From Octopus vulgaris (taxonomy: Eukaryota): a stretch of 64,000 bases of DNA. The number at the start of each line of letters is the position of its first letter. Position 1 is the stretch's first letter. Made by a program: the position numbers and the translations under genes. The stretch lies in assembly GCA_951406725.2 (NCBI GenBank), contig OX597816.1:50592001-50656000 (forward strand), in the 5' to 3' direction. The notes below the pieces were generated by a model, which was not told the origin of the DNA, searched no databases, and saw nothing but the letters and a program-made list of their open reading frames with translations. Shown here piece by piece: positions 27,607 to 41,387 of this stretch.

Positions 27607-28478
27607 CTACAGATGGTGGGGGATATCGACTCCTTACTTATTTTTCTAAAATGCACCGTAAATGTTCAATAATATTGAGATCTGAGGACTGTGGTGGCCA
27701 GATAAGATGTTCAACTTCAGTTGAATGTTCTTTATGCCATTCAGTAACAACTTCGTGCGAATTGGTGCATTATCACTCTGAAAATTTGCGTTTCCCTCCG
27801 GAAACAGTTCCGCAAATATAGGATGAATTTTATCAGATAAGATGCTTAAACAGTCTTGACAATTAATTCTGCCATGAAGGGAAACAATTGGACCAGCAGA
27901 TTTCCAAGTTATAGAACCCCCAGATCACCACAGATCCACCTCCATGTTTAACAGTTAGAAGAAGGCAGTCTGGGTCAAATGCTTCTTTTTGATTTCTTCA
28001 TACGTATACTCGGCCGGTAGTCGAAAATAAGTTAAAGGATGTCACGTAGGACAAAATAACATTATTCCTTTTCTCTAGGGACCAATTCTGTTGAGTGCAG
28101 GTTTTTACTCCACTCAAAATGCTTTGTAACGTTTTATTTTTGAAAGAAGTGGTTTTCTGATTGGAACCCTCCCGTGAAACCTGGCTTTGCGCAGCACCCA
28201 GCGAAAGTTTTTGTGAAATCTGGGTTCTCCAGGTAGTCATTAAGCTCTGCAGAAATTTTGTGATCCTTTCCAACAATCCACGTAAGAGTTCGACGTTCCC
28301 TATGTGAATGTTTTGGTTTTCTTTAGGATTTTTGTTTCGACGAGGTCTTTCGCTCTCTCTCAAAGTCTGTCATTATTTTCGAGACAGTACTTCTTGATAC
28401 ACCAAACATTTTGGCTGTTTTCGTTACGCTAGCGCCTACCATACGAGCACCAACAATTTGACCTCTTTGAAAGTCCGA
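27607..28478 (-). pseudogene. Tc1-like transposase relic (frameshifted, internally deleted)
   Basis: Minus translation gives SDFQRGQIVGARMVGASVTKTAKMFGVSRSTVSKIMT (HTH), GGSVVIWG, FQSDNAPI and WPPQSSDLNIIEHL. Confidence 0.85.
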
Positions 28479-29124
28479 TGAAAATAATGATCAAGCGGAG
28501 GAAATAATAGAAAACCTTAATATATACAATATTTAGTTAGAGGCTTTTAAATGGTGAGTGGAAACCGCTACAAATTTTAATGATATTTGTTCTGACATAA
28601 TTATAAAAATATACGTTATGCATAATAAGCAGATTTAGTAGATTTAATCGGCGAAACTTCAAAACGTTTTCCTAATATGCTTTGTGTTGGAATTTTATAT
28701 TCCTCATATTTTATACTTTGGTGATATTCATAAAAGAAACTTCAGAATGAACGCAAAACACATGTGAAATTCATTTACTGATGTTTATGTTTTTCTTCTG
28801 TACTAAGGGTTGCTAAATGAAACAATTACAACCATTTTATTGACAGTTGATCCTTTATCTCAACAAATTTGGTGCCGTCACTCGCGTAAATGATTATGAT
28901 AGAAATGTTGAGTCGGGCACGAGGCAGTTATATTAAATTCAAGCAAAGCGTTATTTCAGGAAGTATGCTCCAAGAGGTTCACAAAAGATGGCTACACTGA
29001 TATTCAGGATATATATGGTCACCAGCTATTGAATCTATGTCACACAATTTTGCACAGTGAACTACATTTCGGTTTTATCTATATCTTAATACGTTATTAT
29101 CTCATTCATAAATCCCATTCATTG

Positions 29125-29445
29125 TAAGCGGTCTTACACACACACCCCACACACACACCGTGTAATCCCGGTCGAACACGGTGTCTGAGTGTTCAGCTCT
29201 TTGCTGAACGATCTGCACAAATGATTTGTTTATAATTATCAAATGTTTGTGTCACACATTAACTCATTCTCTCCAACATATCGACGTTTTCGAAGCGGAA
29301 GCACGATGTGCCACGCGTTATGTCTAAGTAATCGCAGAGCAACATGAGATGAAGGGTTTTGCTCAAAAACAAAACGCACCACCCGGTCTATGAATTGAAA
29401 TCACGATCACGCAATCGTGAGTACAACATCCTAACTACTAGGCCA
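29125..29445 (-). mobile_element. SINE family C-related, diverged
   Basis: Reverse complement of TGGCCTAGTAGTTAGGATGTTGTACTCACGATTG head and TTGAGCAAAACCCTTCATCTCATGTTGCTC core. Confidence 0.6.
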
Positions 29446-29526
29446 TTTGCCATTTGCCATTTGTATATCTATCTATCTCTATCTACCCATTTATCTATCT
29501 ATCTCGATCTATGCATCTATATCTAT

Positions 29527-29610
<84 letters not shown>

Positions 29611-30120
29611 GTATATTGCGTAGAGTTGTTTTAATTTTACATATACGTTTTGAAAATAACAATTTTAGAAAGCCTTATACAAGATGTAACTTTATAATTT
29701 TATTATGTATTTTTTGCAATTGAGTTTTATTCCTGTTGGTTTTCATAATATATAGCTCATGAGATCCATTCCATTTCATTCACGGGTTTTTAAAATGATT
29801 TTCTTTAACTAAACAGTTTGAATCTTCGAATACTGGTAGAATTTTTCACGTAGAACACGGTTTACTCAGAACATTTTTGACAAAAAAATTTATTTTAGAA
29901 GCTATTTCGTGTTAAAGTTGTCATATTTGGGTAATTTCAACCAATCAATGACGTATATTAGATTGAAGAAATCTACAACTGTTTGCGATAGTAATCGAAG
30001 AGAAACAACTTCTGGGTAATCTCAATTAATATCACCACTGCGTTCGCAGAATGAACACCACAGCAGAATCAACATAAAAAGGAAGACATTTTATTTACAT
30101 ATATTTATACGTTTGCCCAA

Positions 30121-30404
30121 TATCGGTGTTTTATACAAGCATATAGCGCACCGGTGTTACAAGAAAACAACTCTAGAAGAACGAGTCCGCAGCTAGCTTT
30201 TTTGTTGTTGACGTGTATGTAGTTTCAAAATGCCTTATTTTACAACTATGATATGTATTGTTATTGTACTGATTTTATCTTAAAATAATCATCAACAAAC
30301 AAATTTCATCAATATAAAGGTCTTTATTAGATTAAAAATGACACTATCAAAACACGGAAGTAAAACAAAACAAATAGCGGCTTATATACCGGAAAGTATG
30401 GTAA
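30121..30404. mobile_element. Possible pogo/Tc2-like MITE
   Basis: Right end GCGGCTTATATACCGGAAAGTATGGTA; degenerate left end with ATATAGCGCACCGG. Confidence 0.35.
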
Positions 30405-31872
30405 TTGTAGTAGCAGTGACGAGTTCGCTCGTTGGTTGCTAGTTGATAGTGTAGAAGGAAGGGAAATGGTAAGAAATGCACGGTGCTGATTAGAAAGGAA
30501 GAAAGGATGAAAGTCGTATCGCCTTTGCTCGAATAGAACAGGGTGGTGACATTTAGTAGAGATGACCCGGAACTTGTACCACTTCGATTACTATCGCAAA
30601 AAACAGTGTCCCACTTTAATTTTTCTTTCTAAAAGGATCCTAGAGTTGGTTGAACGATTATCTAAATACGTCACCTGTGATGGAGATTTGTAATTTTCTA
30701 TCGAAAGTTATTCAATGAATACGAGCAATTTGAATTATCTATCTGATAATAGACATGCCACTTACTAATTTTCGTATAAGACACGTACACACAGACACAG
30801 ACGCACACTGAGTTTTTCGTGTGTTTATGGTAGTAAAAATTGCAATGCATCAATAAATCAGTTGTTATTGACTACATATTACCGACTTGTTTCAATAGCA
30901 AATATCTGTTTTAAAAAGCTGCACTTTCAAAGTTATAAGACAAGTTTATGTAAAAAGAAACTAACAAAACAAATATAGAATAAATAAAACCGAATGCTGA
31001 TATTTTTGTCTTTTGAATCTTCCCTTTACATCTATGCACTGGAATTCTGATCCAAACCATCAAAAGCACTTTACACATCTTAGATTTCTAAATAATCTTA
31101 GCAATAGCGTAAGGAGTTCAGATCAAACTGATCTGTCATTCAAGACTACTTAATATATCATGTAAGTGCTTCAATCCTTTATTTATGTTCTTGGCACACA
31201 CTCTATACATTTATACAACAATTAATAGCCTGCTAACTGGCATGGCTTCATAGGCTCACAATCGCCTGATCAATAAACATTTTAAAAACTTACATACTTG
31301 TCTTCTTGCTATTATCGTTGTTAGCTGCGGCTAAGTATTAATACTCGAGGCTGCAAACGAGTTTAGCCAGCTACAGGGGAGTAAATGCACGCAATATGTT
31401 GCGTTATCAATTATGTTTGTATTATCAGATTTTCAAAGAAATAGCTCCAAAGATGTTGTTATAGCATATTGGCTGGTAATCAAAGGATTATATAATCGAT
31501 TAGAGCGTTGTAAATTGATCGATCGGTTACTGTCCGTACTAAAAGGACGTAATATTCTTCTGTCTGGGAATGAAATAATCTTCCGAATACGATAACGTTA
31601 ATTTAACAATTCAACATGGATAAAAGCAGACGCAACCTTCTTTTAAATGCACATGTAAACTGATTTTCCAGATATTAAGTTGTTTCTTTCTTTACATTAA
31701 TCTCCGACCTGTTTTATATAAATTCGGAGAGTATATAAATCAAAGTATTTTTTTTTTACTTTATAATTTTAATCTTTACATAATTAATACAGTTTAAAAA
31801 GCAAAACCGATTTTATTTGTTGTTTACTGCTATTGATACGTTTTAGAATACGTTAGATATTATTTAAAATAC

Positions 31873-32103
31873 TCTCTCTCTCTTTACTCTTTTACTTGTT
31901 TCAGTCATTTGACTGCGGCCATGCTGGAGCACCGCCTTTAGTCGAGCAAATAGACCCCGGGACTTATTCTTTGTAAGCCCAGTACTTATTCTATCGGTCT
32001 CTTTTGCCGAACCGCTAAGTAACGGGGACGTAAACACACCAGCATCGGTTATCAAGCAATGCTAGGGGGACAAACACAGACACACAAACATATACACACA
32101 CAC

Positions 32104-32135
<32 letters not shown>

Positions 32136-32302
32136 TACGACAGGCTTCTTTCAGTTTCCGTCTACCAAATCCACTCACAAGGCATTGGTCAGCTCGGGGC
32201 TATAGCAGAAGACACTTGCCCAAGATGCCACGCAGTGGGACTGAACACGGAACCATGTGGTTGGTTAGCAAGCTACTTACCACACAGCCACTCCTGCGCC
32301 TA
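31873..32302 (-). mobile_element. SINE family A, full length
   Basis: Near-exact reverse complement of 9408-9818. Confidence 0.9.
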
Positions 32303-32926
32303 TAGTAATTTTTCATCACAAAATTCAATGAATATTTATAAATCTCCTGTTGTTAAACACAGACACAGAAACAACAGACATTCACATATAAAGAGAGGTA
32401 AATAGATGAAAATATATATACATAAACACGCACAGATACACACAGACACACATATATTATAAGTGTATATGTGTGTGTATGTTTGTGTGTGTATGTGTGT
32501 GTGTGTGTATGTGTGTGTGTGTGTGTGTGTGCGTGTACAGAACCATATACCCATACGAAAATATATAAACACATAGATACTCATAGATATATATGTTTAA
32601 ACGGAAAAGAAATGAGTACTAAATACACACAATAAAGTGAAATACACTAAGCTAAAATTCCTTCACTGGTAAAAAAAAATATTGTCAGAGGAAGGTCCAC
32701 CGTAAATCAAAATAACACGAAATTATTGATATTATAACATTTAAAATAATTTTTGTAAGGTGTATAATGGAATGAGCACATTGCATAAATTTGATGTAAC
32801 TAATGAACAATATATAATACAATAACAAAAAATATCTTGTGATATAATCTATATGCCGACATCTCAGTCCAGCTCGCGCACGCCCACACATATGTATATA
32901 TGCATCTATCTATCTATCTATGTATG

Positions 32927-33214
<288 letters not shown>

Positions 33215-33369
33215 CATTCTTACAATACGGAGTGCACGTATTCATGAATAAACATAAAAACACTCATATACCAATTATAAAATATAGTAATATTTTGACG
33301 CATCTATACAGGCATCATATTTGTAAACATATATTTAAGTATTTATATATGTATCCTTGCTATTGCGTT

Positions 33370-33890
33370 AAACTGTCGTCTGTCCACATTTGGCCAGATG
33401 TTTTAAATACTTATTTTTGCATGCCATAGTCGATGCCTTTGGTCAAACTATCATATATCCAGCGGCTTCAGATTCCAAGATATCAAATATTGTCAAAGTG
33501 TAGTAAAACGATTTTGCCAAGGAATGGTGAAACTATATTCCCATTTCCTGCAAAAACAACGTTTTATACTTCCGTCATTTTCGCATAATAACAAAGAATA
33601 TATTTAGCGATGTAATGCGAAGTACATAATATGGTAGAGACTTCTAAGCTATACAAATATTTCCACGGAAAATATCGAAGGGTACCTCAGTGACTCCAAA
33701 GTAACAAGTCTCTATCTACGACAGACTTTCTAGCATTCTACCTAGGCAACACAACGCATTTCTCAATCGAATTCAGAAGCTTTGGTCTTAATTGCGAGAC
33801 CAAACATGTAAACATTTCGAATGATATGAAACGTAAAGGAGATAATAAATGTTGAGGGGTTATTTTTCAATCTAATATTTTTCTCCACGA
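33370..33890 (-). mobile_element. Decayed LINE reverse transcriptase fragment
   Basis: Minus strand shows MYFA-(D)IA (YADD-like) near 33620 and LHFDNI*YLGI near 33490; second copy at 925-1070. Confidence 0.45.
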
Positions 33891-33959
33891 TATTATCAAT
33901 AGCTTTTTCTATTCGAGTTTCAACGTGAAATACATTTTATTTCATATCCTTCGGAGTTT

Positions 33960-34093
<134 letters not shown>

Positions 34094-35229
34094 TTATTTG
34101 TCTATCTACCTGTGTGTCTGTCTGCCTGTCTGCCTGACTGTCTGTCCGTCTGTCTGTCTATCTCTATCTATATATACACATATATATATATATGTATTTT
34201 CTCCCTCTATACATATATACATACATATACATATATAAACACACAAACACACACACACATATGTATATATATATAAACACACAAACATACACACACATAT
34301 GTATATATATATAAACACACACACACACACACACACATGTGTGTGAATGAGTATGTGTGTATATATTTACACGTGTTTAATACGTCTTTGTAAATGTACG
34401 GTTGAGTGTATAAAAACGTATTGGGAGAACACTAGCCAAGGAAATATTCAGCTGATCGCCGAAAGTTCCTTAATACTGTACAATCTCACTACCTCAGATG
34501 CTTTACCCAAGCATAGTTCTTTTTCTTTCTATTTCTTGTTGACTGTTTTCAACTGTCCCAACAAAAGAACTCCTGACTCGCAATTTCTTAAACTAGTCAG
34601 CACTCATAATGTTCGATATCCGACATCCTGTGCCAACCGTACTACTCAGTTGTCCACCTCTTTTCTATCTATATTTCTTTTAATCTGTTCAATTGCTAAT
34701 GTTTAAAACCAGCATTAAGAATCAACGGCAAGTGTGAAAGAAAGTGTGCAACGAACTTTTGCACAGTTCATTTCTCTCTTCTTTACCAAACGTAAAAATG
34801 CAATGATAGTTAAATGAGAGAGGTAAATGTTAACTGTATATATATGTATACCTGAACAAGACAGATGGATGGTAGATTTTCTTGCTTAGATTCATGTCTG
34901 TTGCGACCGATCCGACCTATCATCATCAGCCTTCATGCAGCGATCAATTTGAGTTTGTCGTTTCATGCTCATTATATTTAACATTACATCGTCCCATATG
35001 TCATTTCTCTTTTCAAGACGACAGGTTACTGCTTTATGTTGCTGTTTTTACGTCTGAGATCAGCGTTAGGTCTAAGCTGGTAATTTGAACTTATATATCA
35101 TCTATCTATTTACATATGTAATGAAACATATACATATATGTATGCGTATATGCATTGATATAAGTGTATGTGCATAAGCATATGAGTATGTATGTGTATA
35201 TATATATATATGGAGGAAAATAAATTAAA

Positions 35230-36452
35230 GAACAATGGAGCAAAATAAAATTTTGAAACTCAAACATAACTTCCCTCTCTATCTTGTTCATTTCCGAACA
35301 CTAACTTACCAAAAGTTTCTTACAGTCGATATAAAATATAGATAACAATAGAACAGTTCTACCATTCTTTTTTTATTTATTATTGATACTATTTTGATTT
35401 TAATGTTCCATAATATTTCATTCCTGAAATGAAGAAGACTATATTATTCTGTATAAAATCGCCATACTCCTTCGTATGTTACGTATACATTTATTAACTT
35501 GCATTTTAATAAATGTTTAAATAGGTAGATATATATTCATGAAGAAAGAATATAGCAATTCAGAAGAAGGCACACTGAAAATACTAGTGAATTTCCTCTA
35601 GCTTTAGATTACTAGAGACTTAAGAATTACCAAAAATATAACGCTTGATAATAATATCCAATTAGCTTCTGGATTCTGGTTTTTTTGTATAAAAATCTAC
35701 CAGAAATTTTATTTGTGGAATGAAACGCATATTTTTTTTTGTTTGCTGTAACGTAAGGCTGCATACGCCATGTTGCAAACAGATAGATTGTATTTGTAAC
35801 AAAATAAACTTGGCATCTTATACTGCAAAATGTAACTTTATTTTTTTTCCTTGGAATCCGCTTTTATTCCAAGTGTATTGGGCTTGACTATAGAATCTTT
35901 CACTAAGCTTTGCAGAGGTATATTTAGAAATATAGCAAGTGTACAGCTATTCATCAACATGCTGATGTTATTTGCTGCATACCTCTAAGCAAAATCTCGC
36001 TTCATTCTATGTTTCCGATTTTACCGAAATGCTATTATAGAATTATGATTATGATAATGTTCAAGAGAATAGACTCATATCGGTCTTCCTTATACATGTC
36101 TTTACATATAACATATTATTATTATTATTATTAATATTCGTAAGTTTAACATAGACAATACTGGATTTGATAAGAATATTTGCAGAACAAAAGAGCGAAA
36201 TTTAATTGTGAAATTCAAACATGGCTTCCCTCTCTATCTTGTTCAATTCAGAACACTAACTAACCAAACGTTTGTTACAGTTGATATAAAATATTGATAA
36301 CAATGGAACTGATTTTCCATTCTTTCTCAGTTAGTATTATTACTATTTTGATTTTCAGTCTAACGTTCAATGTAATTTCATTCATGGAATGAAGACCATT
36401 TAATGCCTCATGAAAACGCCATACTCTTTAGTGTATTACTTGTACATTTATT
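35230..36452. repeat. Diverged local direct duplication of about 265 bp (35230-35495 and 36185-36452)
   Basis: Shared blocks CTTCCCTCTCTATCTTGTTCA, TTACAGT.GATATAAAATA, TACTATTTTGATTTT, CGCCATACTC in the same order. Confidence 0.8.
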
Positions 36453-36674
36453 GGCACAGATCAAAAACATCAATAGATGTGTTTGTGGTTAATTATATAA
36501 TTTCTCACAAAAGATATAGACACCAAAACAGAAATCAAAATTATGCACGTAGATCACTGACTCTCAAAGCCAGACACTCTCTTTTATACACACGCACACA
36601 CATACATACATACGCACACAAACACACATACATACGCACACACAAATACTTGCGCACATATGCAAGCAAAAATA

Positions 36675-37385
36675 TATTGTGCGATGGGTAAATAATCGAC
36701 ATTATATATCTATAATTTCACGCAGGCGATTTGGCTGTCTTTGATTTGTCGGACAATACAGTATAGTATGGTCAGTGAGAAGAAAAAAGCACCATGATGC
36801 AAATTACTCTGCTAGAAATTTGGAAACGGCATGCTCCACTGCTTGGCATTCGCACTGCAAGCTCTAAAGCAAACATTTCAGAGTGCTTATGTGTCAATGT
36901 GAGGCCAGTGCAGAGCATTTGCAAAGAATTGGATGAATCTAATGGTGATTGCGTATGTACGGCAACGTGGAAATTTCCCGGTATAACTTCATTCATCTTC
37001 CCACACGACCTCAGACTCAACATAAAGGCCTAAATCAAGTGCCTGGACAGCGTAGTGCTGCCCCCAGAATGAAGAAGGGAGCTGCTGGAAGACCCAGGAT
37101 TCTGCAGCATACCACGCAAGCAGGAGAGCCCAGTTATGCTATGCCTGTCACACAATTTCTGCGGCCACATCACCTCTAAAATCTAACTCCCCCCAGACTG
37201 TAACCCCCTTGGTTATTATGTGTGGGGCTCCGTTGAGAGCAAATATAAATCTGCGTAACACCAATGATGAACGGAAGACAAGGATTATGGCAGCATTCAC
37301 CAACTTAAAAGAGGAGACCGTCCAGAAGTGTTACAAGGGATTCCGAGGTCCTCTGAAGACCGTGATTGATGCTAGTGGCGATTTT
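36675..37385 (+). mobile_element. Decayed Tc1/mariner-superfamily transposon
   Basis: NSP-DCNPLGYYVWGSVE near 37185-37240 followed by ...FRGPLKTVIDASGDFF, a typical Tc1/mariner C-terminus. Confidence 0.7.
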
Positions 37386-37547
37386 TTTCTAGTTTCAGCT
37401 CAGAGCTTTGGCCATGCTGAGGCTTCGCAGTTTGAATAAATTTCAAGCTATTTTTATATAATTTTCCTTTTGCAGTAATTTAGACGACTATTCATTCACA
37501 TTACACTCTATAACTATATATCTATATGTGTGTGTGGATATATATGC

Positions 37548-37660
37548 ATATATCTAGATACATTGTATACATGTGACTCTGTATTCATATATATGTAATG
37601 GATATATCTAGATACAATGTATACATGTGACTCTGTATTCATATATATGTAATGGATATA
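37548..37660. repeat. 54-bp tandem duplication
   Basis: ATATATCTAGATACA(T/A)TGTATACATGTGACTCTGTATTCATATATATGTAATGG present twice. Confidence 0.9.
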
Positions 37661-37763
37661 TACACATACAAACACACACATGCACATACAAACACACACA
37701 TATGCATAACTGACATACGCGTATGCATGCACATACCCGAAGCACACCCACACACCCACACAC

Positions 37764-37809
<46 letters not shown>

Positions 37810-39236
37810 GCACTTATCCATTCACATGTACAAATATAATACCTACCTAATACCTACTTGCCTACATACATGCCTACATACCTGCCTATATACATACCTA
37901 TATACTTCCTACCTACACATATATATATATATATATATGTATATACTTACAAACATTCATACGTAATACATACGTACATACATACATACATACATACATA
38001 CATACATACGTACATACATACATACATACATACGTACATAAATACATACATACACCGGAACGGCTTTTTTTCTTTGATTAGTGTATTTGTTTGAAAATAT
38101 CTTTGTTTTTCTGAATGATGCTTCTTTTATTCTGTCTGTTATTCTGTGTCTGTGTGTGTGTGTTTCCTCTGTGTATCTGTGAGTGTTTGTGTGTTTGATG
38201 TTTTTTCTGCATCTGGTAAATTATAAATATTTAGTGAAATTATCTGTAAATTGTTTATCATAACCGAAAAATAAAGCTGATGGGTAACTATTGTACGCAA
38301 GTCGAACGAAGTAAAATCAACGGTTTTATGTATTACTGTATAAAGTTATTGCAATTATCTGCTTACAATATGTGCTGTACTGATGTTTATTTTCTTAGTT
38401 CTAAAGTACAATAATATCATCTTTCCCACTAATTATTGCATGTATCAAAAACTGCTCGAGCGCAAAAATCACGTATTTACATATATAAAAAACAACAGAT
38501 GCATGTACTTGGAGAATAACCCAAATAAATATCCGCCGAAATTGGTCTGGACATGCTGGCGTTTGTTGCATTCTGAGCAGTTCTTATAATTCGTGATATA
38601 TTTATTTAGTATTTATTATATATGGGACTGGCATCGACAAGTTGTTTGACGCCCAAACTATTGACATTCTGGTATCACGTGATTTTTTCATCATGATCTT
38701 AAGTGAAACCATCAAAGCTGATTTTTTTTTTGTTATTGTTCTTCTAAGTATTATGTTTATCTTAATACTTATTGTTTGTTATAGAGAGTCTGATCTGTGG
38801 AATTATGCCAGAAGTGAATATTTCATGAACTTTTAATGACCCTTTCTTCTGATTTATATTTGCTTTTGCTTAAAGTTTATATATTTAGATTCAGCTTAGT
38901 TATGGCTTTCTTTCAAGTGTATTAAATAGATTCTCCACAGAAACAATCTTCCCTGTAGTGGGCTATGGTGTTTGTATACCGTGCAATAGATATATTTCAG
39001 AGTTCCATTTGGTCGCACAACATTATTTTGCCATGAGTTCCAAAGCCCTTTTCTATTTTCAAGTAATATCTTACATTATTAACAAACACAAAGTTTTCAT
39101 TGTTCGAAGTTATATCTTGCATAAATTCTTCAAGACAACTTAAGTGTACAGTTCTATATTTAAGAGATGAGGAATTATATACGTTATTTACGTTATTTAC
39201 ATTCGACGGTTATTTGTCATCATCTTGTTTGTTGTT

Positions 39237-39282
39237 AACACAGCTTTTCGGTCGATATACCACCCAACCTTCTTCAGGTGTC
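39237..39282 (-). ncRNA. Hammerhead motif (left arm, degenerate stem III)
   Basis: Minus: GACAC-CTGAAGA-A-GGTTG...CGACC-GAAA-AGCT-GTGTT. Confidence 0.5.
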
Positions 39283-39356
39283 TTGGGGAAATTTCGAACC
39301 TGGGCTATAATTCCTAATGTATTTTTCGATGTTAACCACTACGCAATATGCCCACT

Positions 39357-39417
39357 GGCATATCGTGTAGCGGTTAAGAGCGCGGACTACCAACCACAAG
39401 ATTCCGAGTTCGATTCC
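39357..39417 (+). promoter_or_regulatory. tRNA-derived Pol III internal promoter (A box / B box)
   Basis: A-box-like TCGTGTAGCGG and B box GAGTTCGATTCC at tRNA-like spacing. Confidence 0.65.
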
Positions 39418-39461
39418 AAACAGAGACCTGAACAGTAATAATAATAATAAAAATAATAATG

Positions 39462-39528
<67 letters not shown>

Positions 39529-39610
39529 AAATAATAATAATAATACCAATAATATTAATAACATCGAAAAGTACTTCGGGAATTAGAACTCAGCTTTGAA
39601 ATTTCCCCAA

Positions 39611-39656
39611 GACACCCGAAGAATGCTGGAGGGTATATCAGCCGAAATGTTGTGTT
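39611..39656 (+). ncRNA. Hammerhead motif (right arm)
   Basis: GACAC-CCGAAGA-A-TGCTG...CAGCC-GAAA-TGTT-GTGTT; stem I GACAC/GTGTT; inferred ancestral stem III AACGTT. Confidence 0.55.
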
Positions 39657-40659
39657 AACAACGAACAAGACGAAGACAAATATCCGTCGAATGTAAATAA
39701 TTTAAGTGTACTTGTAGATAGGCGTAACAAAGTTTTCATCAAAATTATAAAACAAATGTAAGCCGAATAAGCCGATTTCAGTAATAAGCTTTCTCTTTTG
39801 CATCTCATTTATATTGCACTAAGACCCAAGTTGGAAGTATGAGTATTAAAACCTATTTTCCTGTGGAATTTCTATATTTGTATTTTTAGCGCTATAAACC
39901 ACTATTTTAGTATAGTAAAGTCTTTCTGGTCTAACGGTCGCTTAGCAGCAGTATGGCTAAATGGTAACTTACATCTTATTGAAAGGAAAGCCTTGTATAA
40001 ATATTAATTACTAACATCGATATAGCATGGTGCGTTGAACATTGCGTGTGTGTTGGGGACGTCATCGACTATTGATATACTATATTACTTGACTTGAAGT
40101 CCTATAACTAAATACTACGTGTAATTTTGTCCAGATATTCACTGATTTTGCCATCTACTACCATTTATAATTTATTTACATCTTCCATATATGATTGACA
40201 CTATTTCATATTGCGAATAAAAATCTTTTACTTAAAGATATGCAATATTGTTACATATTTTTTCAACAGAATGGTTTGAAATATTGGAACTGGTATTTAT
40301 TTTTATCGACCCCGAAACGATGAAATGCAAAGTCGACCTGGGAGGCATTTGAACTCAATTGTAACGTTGGACAAAATGCCAAGAAACATTTTTCCTCGTA
40401 TTCTTTATGGTCATACTACGAGGAAAATCGCCACTTCATGTGAATAAAAGACTGTTTTGTTGAAATCATTGAAATTTGTTCGAGTTTCTTACGAAATCTG
40501 ATTTGCAGAAGATTTCACTTAGTGAAACCAGAATAATATTTGATTAGATATTTACATTTGGGTCGAATCATTGGCAGCAATGATATTAACGCTAAAAACA
40601 TTTTTCTTGCAAGACTACCTTTGAGGAAAAGAAACATAAATGGTAGGAAAATGTTTTAT

Positions 40660-40875
40660 AAACCCTTTCTTCTGCAGGCAAAATACCTGAACTTTTTCAG
40701 GCAGGAGCTAGTCGATTACATGGACCCCAGTGCTCAACTGGTACCTATATTATCGAAGCCGAATTGGCGAAAGGCAACATTAGCCTCGACGGATTTAAAC
40801 TCAGAATGTGAAACCGCAAGAAATATCGCGAAGTATTTTTCTTCAGTATGTATCGATTCTATCTGCTCGCTGCCA
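40660..40875 (-). mobile_element. SINE family B, diverged
   Basis: GACCCCAGTGCTCAACTGGTAC ... TTTAAACTCAGAATG ... GCTCGCTGCC reverse-complement motifs. Confidence 0.55.
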
Positions 40876-41299
40876 TATGGAAATGTGTTATAATCAACTA
40901 TAAGTTAACGTGTGACTGGAGTAGTAATTATGCCTTTTATTGCCGCTGCGTGCCTATGTATTACATTATGCGAGGAAAAAGAACAAAAACAATGATGGGA
41001 CTTTCACGACAGCAACTTTATTGCCAATCTATGAAACTTCAAACTTCCATTGGTTTCATCATTGTATAGCTGGTCTAATTTTTGACATATATGTAATGAG
41101 TTGACAAAGGCAAGCAACAGCAGTAAAAGCTATCTTTAATATATTTATGAGGGAGTACATAGCTATAAACTGCACGATCAATATTGGACATAATTTCTAG
41201 GACTGTGTTTTATAACTGAAACGCGTAAAGGGTCGTTCCTAACTATCTGTCTATCTGTCTACCTACCTACATCTCTTTCTGTCTCCCTCTATCTCTCGA

Positions 41300-41335
<36 letters not shown>

Positions 41336-41344
41336 TACATATAT

Positions 41345-41387
<43 letters not shown>

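Larger units (their letters stand above)
39150..39701. mobile_element. tRNA-headed, hammerhead-bearing retroelement as a head-to-head inverted dimer with 10-bp TSD
   Basis: TTAAGTGTAC at 39140-39149 and 39702-39711; inverted arms about 39195-39335 vs 39558-39700; central hairpin 39332-39377; A/B-box head 39357-39417; (AAT)n spacer. Confidence 0.8.

Noticed and set aside
39357-39430. Functional tRNA gene
   Set aside because: The acceptor stem does not close and there is no terminator; it is a SINE head.
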